DNA of 64,000 nucleotides, from NCBI RefSeq assembly GCF_037042905.1, contig NC_087250.1:16244001-16308000 (forward strand), in the 5' to 3' direction. Shown one piece after another: positions 39,547 to 53,575 of this stretch. A program made the position numbers and the translations under genes. Within the stretch, counting starts at the first letter, position 1. Each line of letters opens with the position of its first letter. The DNA is from Lytechinus pictus (taxonomy: Eukaryota). The notes under the pieces were generated by a model. The model made no database searches, was not told where the DNA came from, and saw only the letters and a list, made by a program, of their open reading frames with translations.

Positions 39547-39790
39547 ATTGGCAGATCCAGGGGGGCACATCCGCCCCCTTAGAGAGCCATAGTCAATATG
39601 CCGTTTTTACCCATGTGTGCCCTCCCCCCTTTGAAAATGAGGACTTTGTTTTACTTGTCAAATTTTTCGCGGGAGAAATGACCTTCAATTTTAGATGAAC
39701 CCCCCCCCCTTTTTTTTTTTGGGGGGGGGGGGCTTTCAAATTTTCATCCAAAAATTGTGCCCCCCTTGTTAAATCCTGGATCCGCACCTG
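39547..39790. mobile_element. G/C-tract MITE (hAT-like)
   Basis: TIR cattggcagatccagg / cctggatccgcacctg with poly-C/T/G tracts. Confidence 0.55.
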
Positions 39791-40961
39791 ATCACAATAA
39801 TAGAGTAATGGATGTTGGTGGGATTGACATGGAGCAGAAAGTTAATTTGAAGAAACTATTTGCCTGATGGAGTGTAGCAATGGACCTCTGAAAAATAAGG
39901 TTTCAATTACAAATTAGACAGATGCAACTTTGATTCGGCATTTTCCTCGCCTACGGACGTGACGATGCATCCATATTCCTTTCGCACCTTTATTTCACTT
40001 TATTACACACTGCACTGATTTAACACCAGCCGGGTAACTGTATTTGATAACACCAGAAAAGCGTTGAATCAACACCAATTCATAATCACACCAATATTAG
40101 TTTCACACTGATTAGTGTTGTTTAAATGTTCATCTGGTGATAGCGGAAGTAGTACTCTTTCAACACCTATTTTTTTTTTTTAAAGGCTATCGCATACCTA
40201 TGTGTCATTTGTAGATATGTAGATAAAAAGCTGGTGTTAAAGAAACACCAGTATTCTTGCAGTGAATTATGCAATCATACTAATTATCTTTTATCATTGA
40301 TAATATTTTTATAATCATTATTGTTGTTATTGTTTATTATTATCATTAATAATGGTATTTTTTTTATAATAGTTATGATTATAATAACAATAATAAAATA
40401 TATTGTCAAGACAATATATAGGCGCTTAATAGGGACGATTGAAAACACTAAAAAAAAATTTTTTCGTATTTATCTAGTCCATTAACTTATTCAACTTTTT
40501 AATATTCTAAAATTCTTATTTACCCGTTTGTTATGGCCGTATTAAAGATAATTATAATCGTTCTTCGTTTTTATTATTAACATCAATAAGGATTTTAGAT
40601 GAGAGGTATAAAGTTCATAAGTTAACATGAGTTTAGGTTCAAACAAAAGGATCCCATTAAATGTCTAGCTTTCATCTTCTCTATTCAATAATAATAACAA
40701 CTGATATTTTTCTGAAATCCATTTTTATATACCATTAAACACTTTGCATCTTCTTCTTTTTTTCGTTTCATCGTAAAGCTTTTTTGTTAGAAACGATCCA
40801 CTACATTTTGTTATTTGTTTTAGTTGCAATGGCGCGCAATAAATTGTGATCTGTGCTGAGCTAGGTTTAAGGTAATCACTGATATTAGAATATTTCCAGC
40901 CTTCGAATTAATAAGTATAGTATATACAAGCGAAATCAGTAATCCGCCATTAAACATGCCT

Positions 40962-41130
40962 GGGGCCGTTTCATAAAGCTGTTCGTAAGATAAGATCGAC
41001 TTTAAGAACGACTGGTGAACCTTTCTTACGTGCAAAACCATCGCTAATGAATTTACCATTTACCACGAAAAAGGATCCCCAGTCGTTTAAAGTCGCTCTT
41101 AACTTACGAACAGCTTTATGAAACACCCAC
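40962..41130. mobile_element. Short palindromic MITE
   Basis: gtttcataaagctgttcgtaag / cttacgaacagctttatgaaac. Confidence 0.75.
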
Positions 41131-41813
41131 CGGATATAGTCTTATTTACTTCATACCATCCCAGCAAAGGGCATCTTCAACTGTCCAATACGTCAATATA
41201 ACCCTTATCTCCGTCTTATTCCCTATCTCTCTCTCTTGTGAAATTTATCATGTTCATTATTTATTAACACACACAATTTCACTCTCTCGATCCCCCTTCT
41301 CTTCCCCCTCTCCTTTCTTTCTTCATGTTGTACTCTCTCTTTCTCTCTATGTCCGTGCGTCAATCCAACCTCTTTCCTCGTCTCTCTGCATGGCATACAC
41401 AGACACACCGACCCTAACCAATGTACAAGCACACACACACACACACCCTCTCCTTGTTAGTATATCACCTCTCCCCGCCCTCCCTCTCTCTCCCCCTTCC
41501 TCTCTCCCTTTCTGTGTCTCTATCTCAGTCTCCGACATGTCCTGCAGGGAAACATTAAAAATAATTTCCTGTATTGATCAAACCTGATTAGGTACATCCC
41601 TTCCCTCTCCACACTGCGAAGCTAAGGAGGATTGCTTATTAACACGTCATATAACACTTATACTGTTTGATAATCAAATCAAATCAAATCAATCAATTAA
41701 CATATCTTTGTATAACGTTTTCACATGCATGCAGATAATATCGTGCAATTGATGACATAATTATGTCAATTTACCTGTAATACTGCTGGAACCTCGGTTC
41801 CGTCACCATTATA

Positions 41814-42301
41814 GGGGAAGTTCACCCTGACAAAAAGATGATTGTAAAAATAGCAGAAAAAATAATGAAAAAAATTGCCGAAAGTTTGAGAAAAAAATAA
41901 TCAAAAAGCCAAAAGTTATTTGAATATTAATCATTTGATTCGTGATGTTATATATGAGCAGCTTTTCGTCATACCCTATGGTAAAAAACCCATGAAATGA
42001 AATTTTTCAGAAAATTGAAAATGTTTTTTTACTGTACCTTCAGTATATCAATAGACAAATCATTTCAGACCGTTCCTAAAACGAAACAAAAATAAGTCAT
42101 CACGAACCATTTAGAAAATTGACATTTATGCATTAAATATTGCTTAATATGATTATGGGGCCGCTGCTCGTTTATGACGCCTTTCACTTAAATTCTAATA
42201 ACTTTCTTTATATTAAATGTATTTTCCTCAAACCTTTACCAAACTTTTCCGCCCCTTTTCTGCCATTTTGCAACAAACTTTTCTTCATGGTAAACGTCCC
42301 C
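41814..42301. mobile_element. Kolobok-like MITE with TATA flanks
   Basis: TATA|GGGGAAGTTCACCCTGA ... TCATGGTAAACGTCCCC|TATA; related to 2772-3125. Confidence 0.65.
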
Positions 42302-42824
42302 TATAATATGCTTATTACTAGTCTCAGTCTGTAGCGAACTGACATGACTTATGAGAAAAAAAAACCAACAAATCAATTTCGTGATAAAAAAATTGTTTTA
42401 AATTAACACAGCGTGATACAGGTATCTTGATATTTGCAATAATGAATCATTGCTTCAAAAATTCTAATTCTGGCATTCACAAATTATATTTTTGATAAAA
42501 ATCATTGATCCTTTTCAACAAGCGAGATGTCATGCTTAACATGATTAAGAGTCTGACTGCCGAACAAGATATACTAAGAAAGATGATATTAATGATGATA
42601 ATAATAATAAAAACAATAATAAAGATGAATAAAATAACATTGATGATGATGATGATAAAAATAATGATAACATTGATAATAATATTAATGATAATAATAG
42701 TAATACTTAAAGCATATTTACCGAGGGTAGCCATTTTGGTTCCGAAACTGTTCTCCCGGAGGGCCTTACTGCCTAGGCGTTCAAGCATTCGGGGAGTTTC
42801 CTCCTACCGGGTACCGGTTTTTTT

Positions 42825-43205
42825 TTCAACTCGTCTAATGCCAATTCGTCAAATTTGGTTCGTCCACTCACCGCATGGTCTACTTTCATTTAGTCTAATG
42901 CCAACCCGTCTAATAACCAGTTAGTTCAATGGCCATTTAGTCCATATACATGTACCATTTGGTCCGGAACTAAGTGTTAAATTGTGCAAAATGAATGAAA
43001 ATGAAATGGATATTAGACCAACTGGTTATGAGACGAAATGGTCATAGACGAAATGGTGATTAGACAAAGTGATGATTGGAGCAAATGGTTAATGGACCAA
43101 ATGGTTGTTAGACGAAATGTTGATGGACGGAATGGAATAAGACTAAATGAAAGTAGACCATGTGGTGAGTAGACGAGTTGGCAGTAGACGAATTGGCAGA
43201 TCACC
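42825..43205. mobile_element. MITE with internal short subrepeats, copy A
   Basis: Inverted arms (tgccaattcgtc / gacgaattggca; ggtctactttcatttagtcta / actaaatgaaagtagacc); homologous to 50165-50535. Confidence 0.7.
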
Positions 43206-46074
43206 CCGGGGGCCCATTCACCTCACATGGGTTGAGTGCAGTACATTTTAATGACAAAACGGCACACGCGGATAGGATCTGAAATAGAGTCTGAAATAAA
43301 GAACAAAAATTATTTAATTATTCCCCCATTGAAGTCACCATAGATCGAGCGGGAAATGCCTTTTAGGTCACTATATTCACTATTTGACCTTTACAATTTC
43401 ATATCTGCTCTATATGTCTTTCTTAATTTTGTCTGACTTTGTCATAAGACGTACTGAATTGAATTGCTATAATTGGAAAGCAATTTGTTACTGGATTTAT
43501 CCTTTCCACCTCTTCATCTGACCGCAAGGATTTGCAGATACTTGTTACAAGCTACGAAAAATCCTTGTCTCTGATTGGCTTATAACAGAAACTGTCAGTG
43601 GAAACGATGGGCATGGTGGTTAATGATACCTCCCCTATCGTTCGATTAAAATGTGTAGGGTTATATCCATATCAATTATGCAGTGCACTCGATGTGAATA
43701 TTTCATGAACTTCTTCTTCGGACCCGCTGCAAATGAATCTGTGCAAATTTGTTTGTGACATGGATAGTTAGCCTTGTCTGATAGTATATTGAACGAACGA
43801 AATTACATACATTCAGTTAACATGGTTAAAGAAGGGCATACATGTAGATTTGGGACTGTGTGAGTGTAAGTGTGTGCGTGTGTGTGTGTGTATGTTCAAA
43901 ACAAAAAAGTACGTGTATGAGAGTGAGTGAGAAAGACACAGAGAGAGAGAGAGAGAGAGAGAGTTAGAAAAAAATGAAGAGAGAGGGGCTAGAAAATAGT
44001 AGCTTCGAGCGAATGGGTTATAAAAAAATCCATCACCATTATAACATGTTAACCATGATTGAATCTATTCAAAATCAAACATGTCATGTACATGCAAAAC
44101 TGCAAAGTTTAAATAAAGCATGAATGCCTTTTCAGGATCCCGAGAGAAGCTATGCTTGTGATATTGGAATTGTGTGTATTGAATGTTGTCAATTTATACT
44201 GGTTATTTAAGCAGCTTCAAATACAATTAAAAAAATCAAGATATCTGCCTACAATTGAATCCCTATGTAAACAAATGTTTATTTTTTTAATACGTACGTG
44301 CCTGTTTCTTAACCAATTCTATTTTGCAATAAGCACCTATGCATTTGCTGCTGTTACTTTGTATCATTAATGCCTGCTGTACTACTGGTATCTAATTTTG
44401 TTTATAAATATTGTATCATGGGAAGTAATTCATGCCCGTTCTTCTTCTACTTGCTCGCCTCTCAATCTCTTTTCTTCTCTCTTCTATTCCTTTCCCTTCT
44501 CTTAGCCCTTCCTTATGGGCGATTTCATGAAATATGTACGTCCGACTCCCGATGTGCGGGACCTCCATGACATTTTCTGATTCCTTGTTCTTTTTGAGAG
44601 TCTGTTAAATGTTCTCAATGGACCACGACTTGGTCAGTTTATAAAGTTAAGTAAGCCTTGAGAAAAATGGGGGTCGGACGTAAAAAAAAAAGGTTGATCA
44701 TTTTATGGAATTGCCCTTATGTTAATTGTTGTTTATTTATGTATAGGTGTATTCAGACACAAGCACCTGCTTCTGGGTTTATAAGCCTACTTCCATATAC
44801 ATATGTATTTTCGTTCATCGTTTTATCATGCAATTATTCCTCTGTATATTTTGTATGAAATTGGATGACATGTCAATCGGAAAAAATGAATAAATTAATG
44901 TTTAATTGAATTGAATTGTATCATCATCATCATCATCATCATCACCTTCGTTATTCATCATTATCATCATCACCTTCGTTATTTATCATTATCATCATTA
45001 CCAGTCTGAGAGATTTAATCGGTAATAACTTTTTACCTTTCTAGTCTCGGCTTTCAAACGCACGGATACCGATCACATAAATTTAGACCTAAATAACCTT
45101 CTCCAATGTATGAAGAGACCTCGACAATAACGAAGCCATGGCCTCTAGATGCCCTTTATAATGGGAATCGAATAGCTTAGAAAACGGAGGTTACATCCCC
45201 GAGCTAAGATGAAAGGAAAAGATCAAATGGAGTATTGATTAGTCCGACAGCTTGTTTCACTTTATTTTTGTCTCTCTCAATTCTCCATCTTCTTTGTCTT
45301 TTTATCTCTCATTCCCATTTTCCTCTAAAAGCATTTTAATTCGAAAGGTCTTGGTGATTTGGCGGGAAACTAACGCACCATACCCTTCAGTTTTCCCGCG
45401 TATTCAGTGCAAATTGTGTAAAACTATTGTTATTTTGATGGGTAGAAACATGAGTTTTCATTAGGTTACATGAATTGTTGCAAAATAATAATACTTAGAA
45501 TAATAATTACTCTAGTAATAACGATAATGATAATAAATAATAAAACAGAAATGAAATAACAAAATAATAAAAATAATACATAAGAATAATAATAGTAGCA
45601 ACCGCTTAGTATCATATCATTGTAGCAAAAAGCGCAATATAAATCCAGCTATTAATAATAATGATAATAATAATAATGATGATGATAATAATAATAATAA
45701 CAATAATGATAATGACAATAATAATCATAATAATAATCATATTAATAATAATGCTGTGAATGAATTGAGAGAACATTTGATATACATGTATGAGGTTACG
45801 GAGAAAAGGAATCATCTTTTGTTATTGCCATATATTTGAAATAGCACAAATGTATGGTAATATAATATACATATACTCATACATACATAGTTCCATGTTT
45901 TTGCAATGTTATTTGTTGTTATCTAAACCGAGAGTAAAAAGATTCCCTTTTCTGAGTCTTATTTTATTTTACCGTGTACATAAAACTAGACTTGAGGTTC
46001 CTTATCTAAAATATTGTATTTCAATTCATTGTATTTGTTAGTTATTTTTAATTCTGTGATTTAATGTAGATTAG

Positions 46075-48115
46075 AAAGTAAAAAAGGGGCCTAAGCTTTC
46101 GATCCTAGCAGAATCTTCGTCGGAGGCAAAATGACAAACATATAAAGTGGAACAACCATAATATAGACCACAAACAAGCTACAGCAACGCTAGAAACAAG
46201 GAGACAAAAGGGGCATTAGTGAGTAGAGAAGACCAATCAGGTTAGTGAAGGGGATGAAAGAAAAGGAGTAGGCAGACACAAAGGGAAGTTAGTGTAAGTA
46301 AGGCCAGTAAAATACCTCAAGCCAAGAGGGATTAAAATAATGAGGCAGGCAACATCAAACAGGATTTGGAACAAAACAGTGATAATGGGATGAAAAACAA
46401 TAGAATTAGTGAGAGGTGGGTCAAACAGGTTACAAAGAAAGGCTTAATAAACTGGTGCATAAGAGTGGGGGAAAAAAAGAAAAAGAATGGGGAACAACTG
46501 ATAATGTGCAAAAGACATATAAGTATATATGATAAAGCATTAAACAAACTAAGAGAAGAAGGTAAGTGTAAATATGTATCTATAAATGATATGTATATAA
46601 ATATATCCAGAAAAGAAATGTATATGAAAAAATATATAAATACACATATGGTGTAACTGATATTGTAATCCGCTAGGTGTGACGGGAAAAAAACACAAGA
46701 CTATATAGTAGGAAAAAAAAAAAAAAAAACCCTGTATATGTGAAAAAGAGGAAGCAAATTGCCTAAAAAGGTAAAAGCAAATATAGAAGAGAGGGGGTGT
46801 ATTATGAAGAAACCATAGTATACATGTAAATAAGCAAATGTGGTAAATCTAAAAGAGGTGAGTGGAGAAAAAACAAATATATATATATATATTTAATAAT
46901 TATAATATCGCCTGAATAAGGAAGGAAAAATTGGAGCTGAGCTTGTATGAGATATGGGAGGAAAGTAGAGTAAGAATCTATAAAGTAACTATTCAAAAGA
47001 GCTGAGGGGAAAAATTATATGTATATATAAATTGAAAGTGGATAGGAAAGAAAAATCAGTCGTTCCCCTCTTGGATGTTCAGGCCATGAGGTTGGGTGGT
47101 GCGAAGTCGTCTCATCCAGAGCTTCTCCCTGCTAGTACGAACTGAGTCAGGACGGGTACCTAAAGATTCGATGCCCTGTAGCATCATGTCAGTGATGGAG
47201 TGGTTGGGGAGGTTAAAATGGCGGCCAACTGGAGTGTCCAGCTTTGCTGTGTTGACGGTGGATCTGTGCCCGTAGAATCGTTTCTTGAGTGTGGTCTTGG
47301 TTTCCCCTATGTATTGTACCCTACAAACTCTGCAAGTGATGAGATATACAACATTAGTGGTAGTGCATGTGATGTTGCCCTTGATTTGGTGAGACAGGCT
47401 GGTAGAGTTGCTGGTGAAAGTATCGCCCTCGTGAAGGTGTATTTCACATATGATGCACCTGTTGCTGGTGCATTTGAAGGTGCCATGCTGTATGGGAGAA
47501 GAATGGTTAGTGAGGGAGGGCACTTCAGCACGAACAATGAGGTCCCTGAGATTCGGTGGCCGTCGGTATGCTAGAAGGGGAGTATCGGGAACGGCCTGTT
47601 GGAGACGATCAGAAGTGTGTAAAATGTGGTGGTTATCAAACAGGATTTTGCGGAGAGGGGGTAGATTGGGATGGAAGGTGGTCACAAGCGGTATTCTGTC
47701 GGTGGTCTCCTTGTCACTTTTTGGTTTGAGAACTTCAGATCTGGGGAGAGAACGAACTTTGTTAATTGCCAGTTGGACTGCCCTGGCCCCGTGGCCCCTG
47801 GCACAGAGATGTTTCTGCAAATTCCTGGCATGGAAGGAAAAATCAGGGTCCTCGGAGCAGATACGGCGAAGTCTGAGGGCTTGACTGTAAGCGATGCCGG
47901 TTTTGCAGTGACGGGGGTGGCAGCTGGATGAGTGGAGATACTGGTGGGTATCTGTGGGTTTAGAGTATAGGGTAATGGTGATACCATTATACTTTTTCTG
48001 GACTGTAACATCAAGGAAGTGGGTTTCCTGTTGGGAGAAATCAGAAGTGAATTTGATGGTCCTGTGGAAGGAATTGATGTGGTCAATGAATGTATGGAGG
48101 CTGTCTTCATCCCTG
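46075..48115 (-). mobile_element. Penelope-like retroelement, 5'-truncated (RT thumb, GIY-YIG endonuclease, ~1-kb 3' region)
   Basis: ORF 47056-48201 contains IKFT...FLDV, LYSKPTD.HQYL...SCHP, SQALRLRRICS and NVVYLITC..C..QYIGET...R...H; the YxDD catalytic motif is missing, so the copy is truncated. Confidence 0.93.
46089..46127 (-). ncRNA. Minimal type I hammerhead ribozyme motif of the Penelope-like element
   Basis: Minus strand GCCT-CCGACGA-A-GATTCT-GCT-AGGATC-GAAA-GC-TT-AGGC: stem I GCCT/AGGC, 6-bp stem II, palindromic AAGCTT in place of stem III. Confidence 0.75.
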
Positions 48116-48303
48116 ATGTAGATATTACTTTTACTCACAATCCAATTGTTTTCATCCCTTAGACGACCCATGTGTATTATCAACCTTGCCTTGCATATCA
48201 CTCAATGTTTACTGAGTTTTCTTCACCATTTGTATTTTCATAATTACGTCACTCTGTTCAAATGATAATTAAGCTGTATTTTTAGTTACTTTTGCCTCTC
48301 CTG

Positions 48304-48707
48304 CACTGTTAAATATACTAGTAATTAAAAAAAAAGAAAAATTAGGAAATTAACAGGATGTTTACCTTACAGACGACACAATGATTTAACAAACCAAACG
48401 TATTTGTGCAGTGATATGTATTACACATTAGATGTAAAACAAAGTAAAATATATTACTCTTTGTAAAAATACCAACAAACTCGTGTTTTTACGTTGATCG
48501 CAATGCATATATCGTATAAATAGTGTTCGTATTTGTAAATTAACCGCGATTTTTAATGTTAAATGAATGATATATATATATATATTTTTACAGTTATCCA
48601 GTATTTTTGCATTTTTACAGCCCATCGTAATTACACAGTTTATACTTTTTGTGAGTCCCAGCTGCCAGTAATAATTACTGTTTTTTACAGTTTCATTTTT
48701 AACAGTG
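48304..48707. mobile_element. CACTG-terminal MITE with 2-bp TG flanks
   Basis: tg|CACTGTTAAAT ... TTTTAACAGTG|tg. Confidence 0.55.
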
Positions 48708-49779
48708 TGCTGTTGTATCTCACTCTCTCTGCGCCATCAAATATTTAAAACCTGACATGCCATACTAGAAGAGCAGACATCTGTAGATGATGCCAAGCGG
48801 CTTAAGCCCCGTTATCATCCCTTCCATAGAGATTACAAACCTTTTTTTTATAGATAAAATGAACTTTTTTTTTCTTACATCAACGTTTCCATGGTAATGA
48901 CGTACTATGACACTGTATGTAATATACAAAAGTTTAGAATGTAGGACCTTGGTTTCGGAACGACATACTTTTTTGCTATTCGAGTTCCAATGAAATTTCA
49001 CACCGGGTGATAATTGCGGGAAGGCAATTGGATATTGTTTTCAAATTATCTATAGAGGGTGAGGAGGAAAGAGATGAAGAGAGAAAAATATAAAGATGTG
49101 TGTGCGCTGAGAGAGGAGGTATAAAAGAAGGAGAGGGAGAAAGAAAGGGAGAGGGGTAGAGAGAAAGAGAGGGAGGGGAAGAGAGTGGGAAGGAGAGGTG
49201 AGGTACTGACAGGTAGGGTGTGTGTGTGCTTGAGCATTGGTTAGGGTCGGTGTGTCTATGTATGCGAAAGAGACGTGGACATAGGTTGGATTGACGCACG
49301 GACATAGAGAGAGAAAGAGAGTAAAAAATGAAGAAAGAGGGGGGGGGGGGGGGGGGAGAGGAAGGGGAGGGTGTAAGGAAGAGATAGGGAGAAAGGGTGG
49401 AGCGACAGATTCATCAACACATTATAATGCATCCAACTAATATATGAAAAAAGGCAATTTATATTCAGAAATGTAATATAATTTGCATCTTTAAAAGAAA
49501 AGGTAACATAAATTATAATTTCCTCTCGGTAATTTAACCATGTTTGCCGGAAAGGAGAACAAAACAGCTATTCCAGGTCGTGTGTATTAAATCATGTAAA
49601 TGAAAGTTTTCTTTAATAAACACAACCGAAGACACCTACAAACTGTACAGTGTAATACTATAAATTCCAAATAAAATGAAATTGTTTTTGTTGTTGTCGT
49701 TACTATCATTACATCATGCATCATTATCTGATCATCAAAGGGGTTGAATAAGCTGTCTTGGATCATTCACTTTTTGCCT

Positions 49780-49897
49780 CTAACTACCTAACTACCTAAC
49801 TAAATAACTAACTAACGAACTAACTGACTGACTGAATAACTAACTGTCTAACTGTCTAACCAGCTGACTAAATAACCAACGAACTAACTAAATATAA
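49780..49897. repeat. (TAAC/TGAC)n microsatellite
   Basis: ctaactaactaacgaactaactgactgactg. Confidence 0.8.
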
Positions 49898-50164
49898 CAA
49901 GAGACCAAATCCAGTCGCTCCAGGATTTTTCCAAAACTGGACTTGACCTTTACGGTCTTAATCATCTACTCGTCATCTCAGTGTGATTCTCATCTTTCCT
50001 CATTAATGGTGAATCATACTCGGTTAGACACGACGAAACAGGTGGTTTCCAATCGAATTGGTGTCCAGGCGACAACTAGTCAACTACCAACACTTCATGA
50101 TCACACATCGCTGAGTAAAATGGCGAATTACGGCGCTTTACCCCGAATTTTGGGTTTAGTTTGA

Positions 50165-50535
50165 TTTGGTCCAATGCCAATTCATCAAATTGCCAACTCG
50201 TCTACTATCATTTGGTCTACGATCAGTTCGTCCAATATCCACATGGTCTAATTGTCATTGCGTTCGCTCGCCATTTCGTCCAAGAACCAGTTGGTCCAAT
50301 AGCCATTTAGTCCATAAGTTTGTTCTGATTAGACCAAATGTTAATCGGGCAAAATAAATGAAAATAAAACGATTAATAGACCAGCTGGTTATGAGAAGAA
50401 ATGGTCCTATACAACTGGTGTTTAGACGAAGTGATGATTGAACCAAATGGTTGGTAGGCGAAATGTTGATGGAGGAATGGCATTAGAATAAATGAAGGTA
50501 GACCATGTGGTAAGTGGACGAATTGGCAATTTACC
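50165..50535. mobile_element. MITE with internal short subrepeats, copy B
   Basis: Homologous to 42825-43205; ends ggacgaattggcaatttacc. Confidence 0.7.
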
Positions 50536-52017
50536 GACGGAATTTTGATGCAGTCAGATCACGCTATGATGGAGTTTATCCTAGGTAGGTTACAAAGTTT
50601 CGCAGCTTCCTTTGAACCGTGCTTGCCGAACAAAGCACTATTATAATACGCCTTGCTGTAATCCACAGAAAACGAATTGGCCAAACTCTAACATGTCTCT
50701 AGGGTTTTGATTGCGCGCAACTCAACAGGCGAACCACCGCGAATCGCCATCTAACAAGGCGATATGTGATCATTATACATGCTTTTTCAAATTTTTATAG
50801 AATACGATGCCCCGAGACAGCACCTCCCCCATCTTTGTTCTTGTTTTTCTTTATTGTGTATTAAATGAGGAATCAATCTGAAAGGATAAATTAATGAATA
50901 ATTAACCCAATTGATGACTAGGATACTTTGCATCCAACGCGTCGGAGGGCAACATTAAAAAAATACGCATGATCATGTTCATGTTCACAATTGTTAGTAA
51001 ATCTCTGTAAATAAATTTCCAGATGAATTTCCACATACAATCATTATTCATTTTAAAAGTTACATGTCCGATAGGTAGGCGTGTGAACACAGGTGTCTTG
51101 CTTCGGGATAACCATCTTAACGCGTGGCATTTCTACTGGGAATCGAGGCCAGTGATATGAACTCGTGATATTTGCGTCTACCCTGTTTTAACTGTTTGTG
51201 TTGAGAATAATTGTCAGATTGGGAACAGGTATTGCCAATAGCGTTATGATGAATCAATAAATCCCTACAACAACCAAGAGAACCTAATAGATCTGTAATT
51301 GAACGTCTTGGGGGAAAAGTGGAACAGGGTGAGATATATCCACCGACCTATTACATTGTTAACATTTAAAAATAACATTATGAGAGGCCTTCGTGTAAAA
51401 TAAGTTATGTCACGCTCACCATAAATGCGTGTAACCGGAAATTAGCCGAAATTTATCAGTTTCATATTCATTTTTTGTTCTGTTATTACAGTTCTTTCCT
51501 GAAATATTTTCACATCTACAATCATAATTTATATGCACCAGAAGATGTCTGTCTTTGATTGATTTTATTTGATAACAATGTAAAACGACAAATACAGAAA
51601 TTACAATTATTTTCAGTGAATGCCTGTACCGTTAACCGTTCAACAACAGTTTTACTTTACAAACGCACATTGGGTTTACTCCAAACTAAGTGTGATTGTA
51701 TATTCCCTACCATTTTAGCTAGAGATTTTTATCATTTTGTGATTCCGTTTTTTCCTTATATTTAATAGGTTTTTTTATGTTAAATGGTGTATTAATTAGT
51801 AAACACTACCAGACAGCTGTCTTTGGCCAACTGCCGCACTGTAGAAGCAGGGGGGGGGGGGGGGGGGGTGTTGGATTTGGTCCACATCATCTGTGTGTGT
51901 ACAATACACAAGATGAATGAAGAGAGACAAGTTTGAATCAAATTTTCGCCCATAGGGCTATATTTGGTTTTATGTACACACACACACCCACACACACTTA
52001 TATATTTAAATAAATAA

Positions 52018-52058
<41 letters not shown>

Positions 52059-53409
52059 TGAATATATATATCCATTCATCTATCAAAATATATCTATACA
52101 GAATAACATGCTCAGATTTATTTTTAGCATGAACTGGTTAAATATATAGATAAGAAGAAATACGAATTCATTGTTGTATGAACAACTAGAACTACAAAAG
52201 GTTACTTAAATTTGATGACTTAATAAGAATACAATAGCCAATTTTTTTGGCAAATTTTTAATCAGATTAGCATATTAAATAATTACAGAACTAATCAAGA
52301 TATCACCTTCCCCTTTTTCTTCCTCACGACCTGCCCTTTCACTCGGAAAAAAAATCGTAATTTGAATGATAATTCCAGTGAAAAATAAGGCTAATGACGA
52401 ATATTTAGCAAGTGTGAAACCAAACTATAACATGATTAGGATCACGAACGATAATCACAGTCACGTCACGACTACAACAGCAATCATCATTACAACGATG
52501 CTTCAAAATTTACGTGTGAAAAGGCCCTTAGTAGTTTCTGGGAACCTTATCTCTTTTTCAGACTCTACTGTATGCATGGTACAAGATTCCTTTTAGGTAA
52601 CACAGCCAAGGGGCCCATGCTTTCAAAAAATCGATCATATTAATGCACTCAGGATACATGTCACGTTCTACTTGTGGGAAGGTTGGGGGAGGGGCGAAAG
52701 TGTATACTACAAAAATAAAAAAAGGGAAAAGTTTAAGAAGTTTGGATGGATATAGAAGGATGGTGACTTCAGTTGGTTAATTAAATTGATAGACATTTAC
52801 GAGTTTGTATGTACATGTAAGATATATGGAGCAGAGACACAATGACACCTTATAACTTACATTATCTTCTCATAAATTTATCCCGGAATCGATTTGGTTG
52901 GTTGTCATGGTTACTCGACTCAAGTTTCCAGAGTAGAAATGGAATGTGGATTAAGAGGGGATTTCTTCTTCGCTGTAACGATTATCATGTCGTCAGATGT
53001 ATCGTATGGCGGTGAATGAACGCAGATAATCATTCCTTGACGAAGTAAGCAGTTATAGCCTTAAGCATCCTGCATGATTCTAATTATATGTTATACTATT
53101 ACAATTAACATTCATAATGTCTTTTGTGGTGATATATAGTTTTCCAAGAATGGAATATCATTCTTATTTTTTTACTATTAGATATCTGTTTATGCTAGTT
53201 TTCTCTCTATTTGAGTGATGCATTTGATAATCTAGGCTGTATGAACACGTGAATATAGTAAAGTGGCAATGATTAAAGGTAATCAACGTTTATCCCTTGG
53301 CCTCTGACAAAGGAAGGATCTTACCTAATGTTCATTAACCTACCTCATTAGATTTTATTTCTTATTGTAGTCCACGCAAAGTATACTGTTAGCAAAAGGT
53401 TGTGATTGA

Positions 53410-53575
53410 CAGGGGGCGCAGAACCGGGGAGGGGAGGGTCACCCCCACAATACTTTTTTTTTCAAAACAGTGTACTAAAACGTAAAATAATTACGATCCG
53501 GTTGTGATTTTTTTTTAGCATGCACAGTCCCCCCCCCCCCCCCTGCTCCGCACGTACACCGTTCCGCGTTCCCTG
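53410..53575. mobile_element. G/C-tract MITE related to 11112-11271
   Basis: cagggggcgcagaaccg / ccgttccgcgttccctg; shares the internal ttgtgatttttt-gcatg segment. Confidence 0.6.

Noticed and set aside
47200-48110. Several overlapping ORFs of 76-144 aa
   Set aside because: Alternative-frame and antisense shadows of the GC-rich Penelope ORF
53017-53050. Possible alternative first exon (MNADNHSLT, donor GTAAGC)
   Set aside because: Phase 2 donor is incompatible with the phase 0 exon at 59716; no other support
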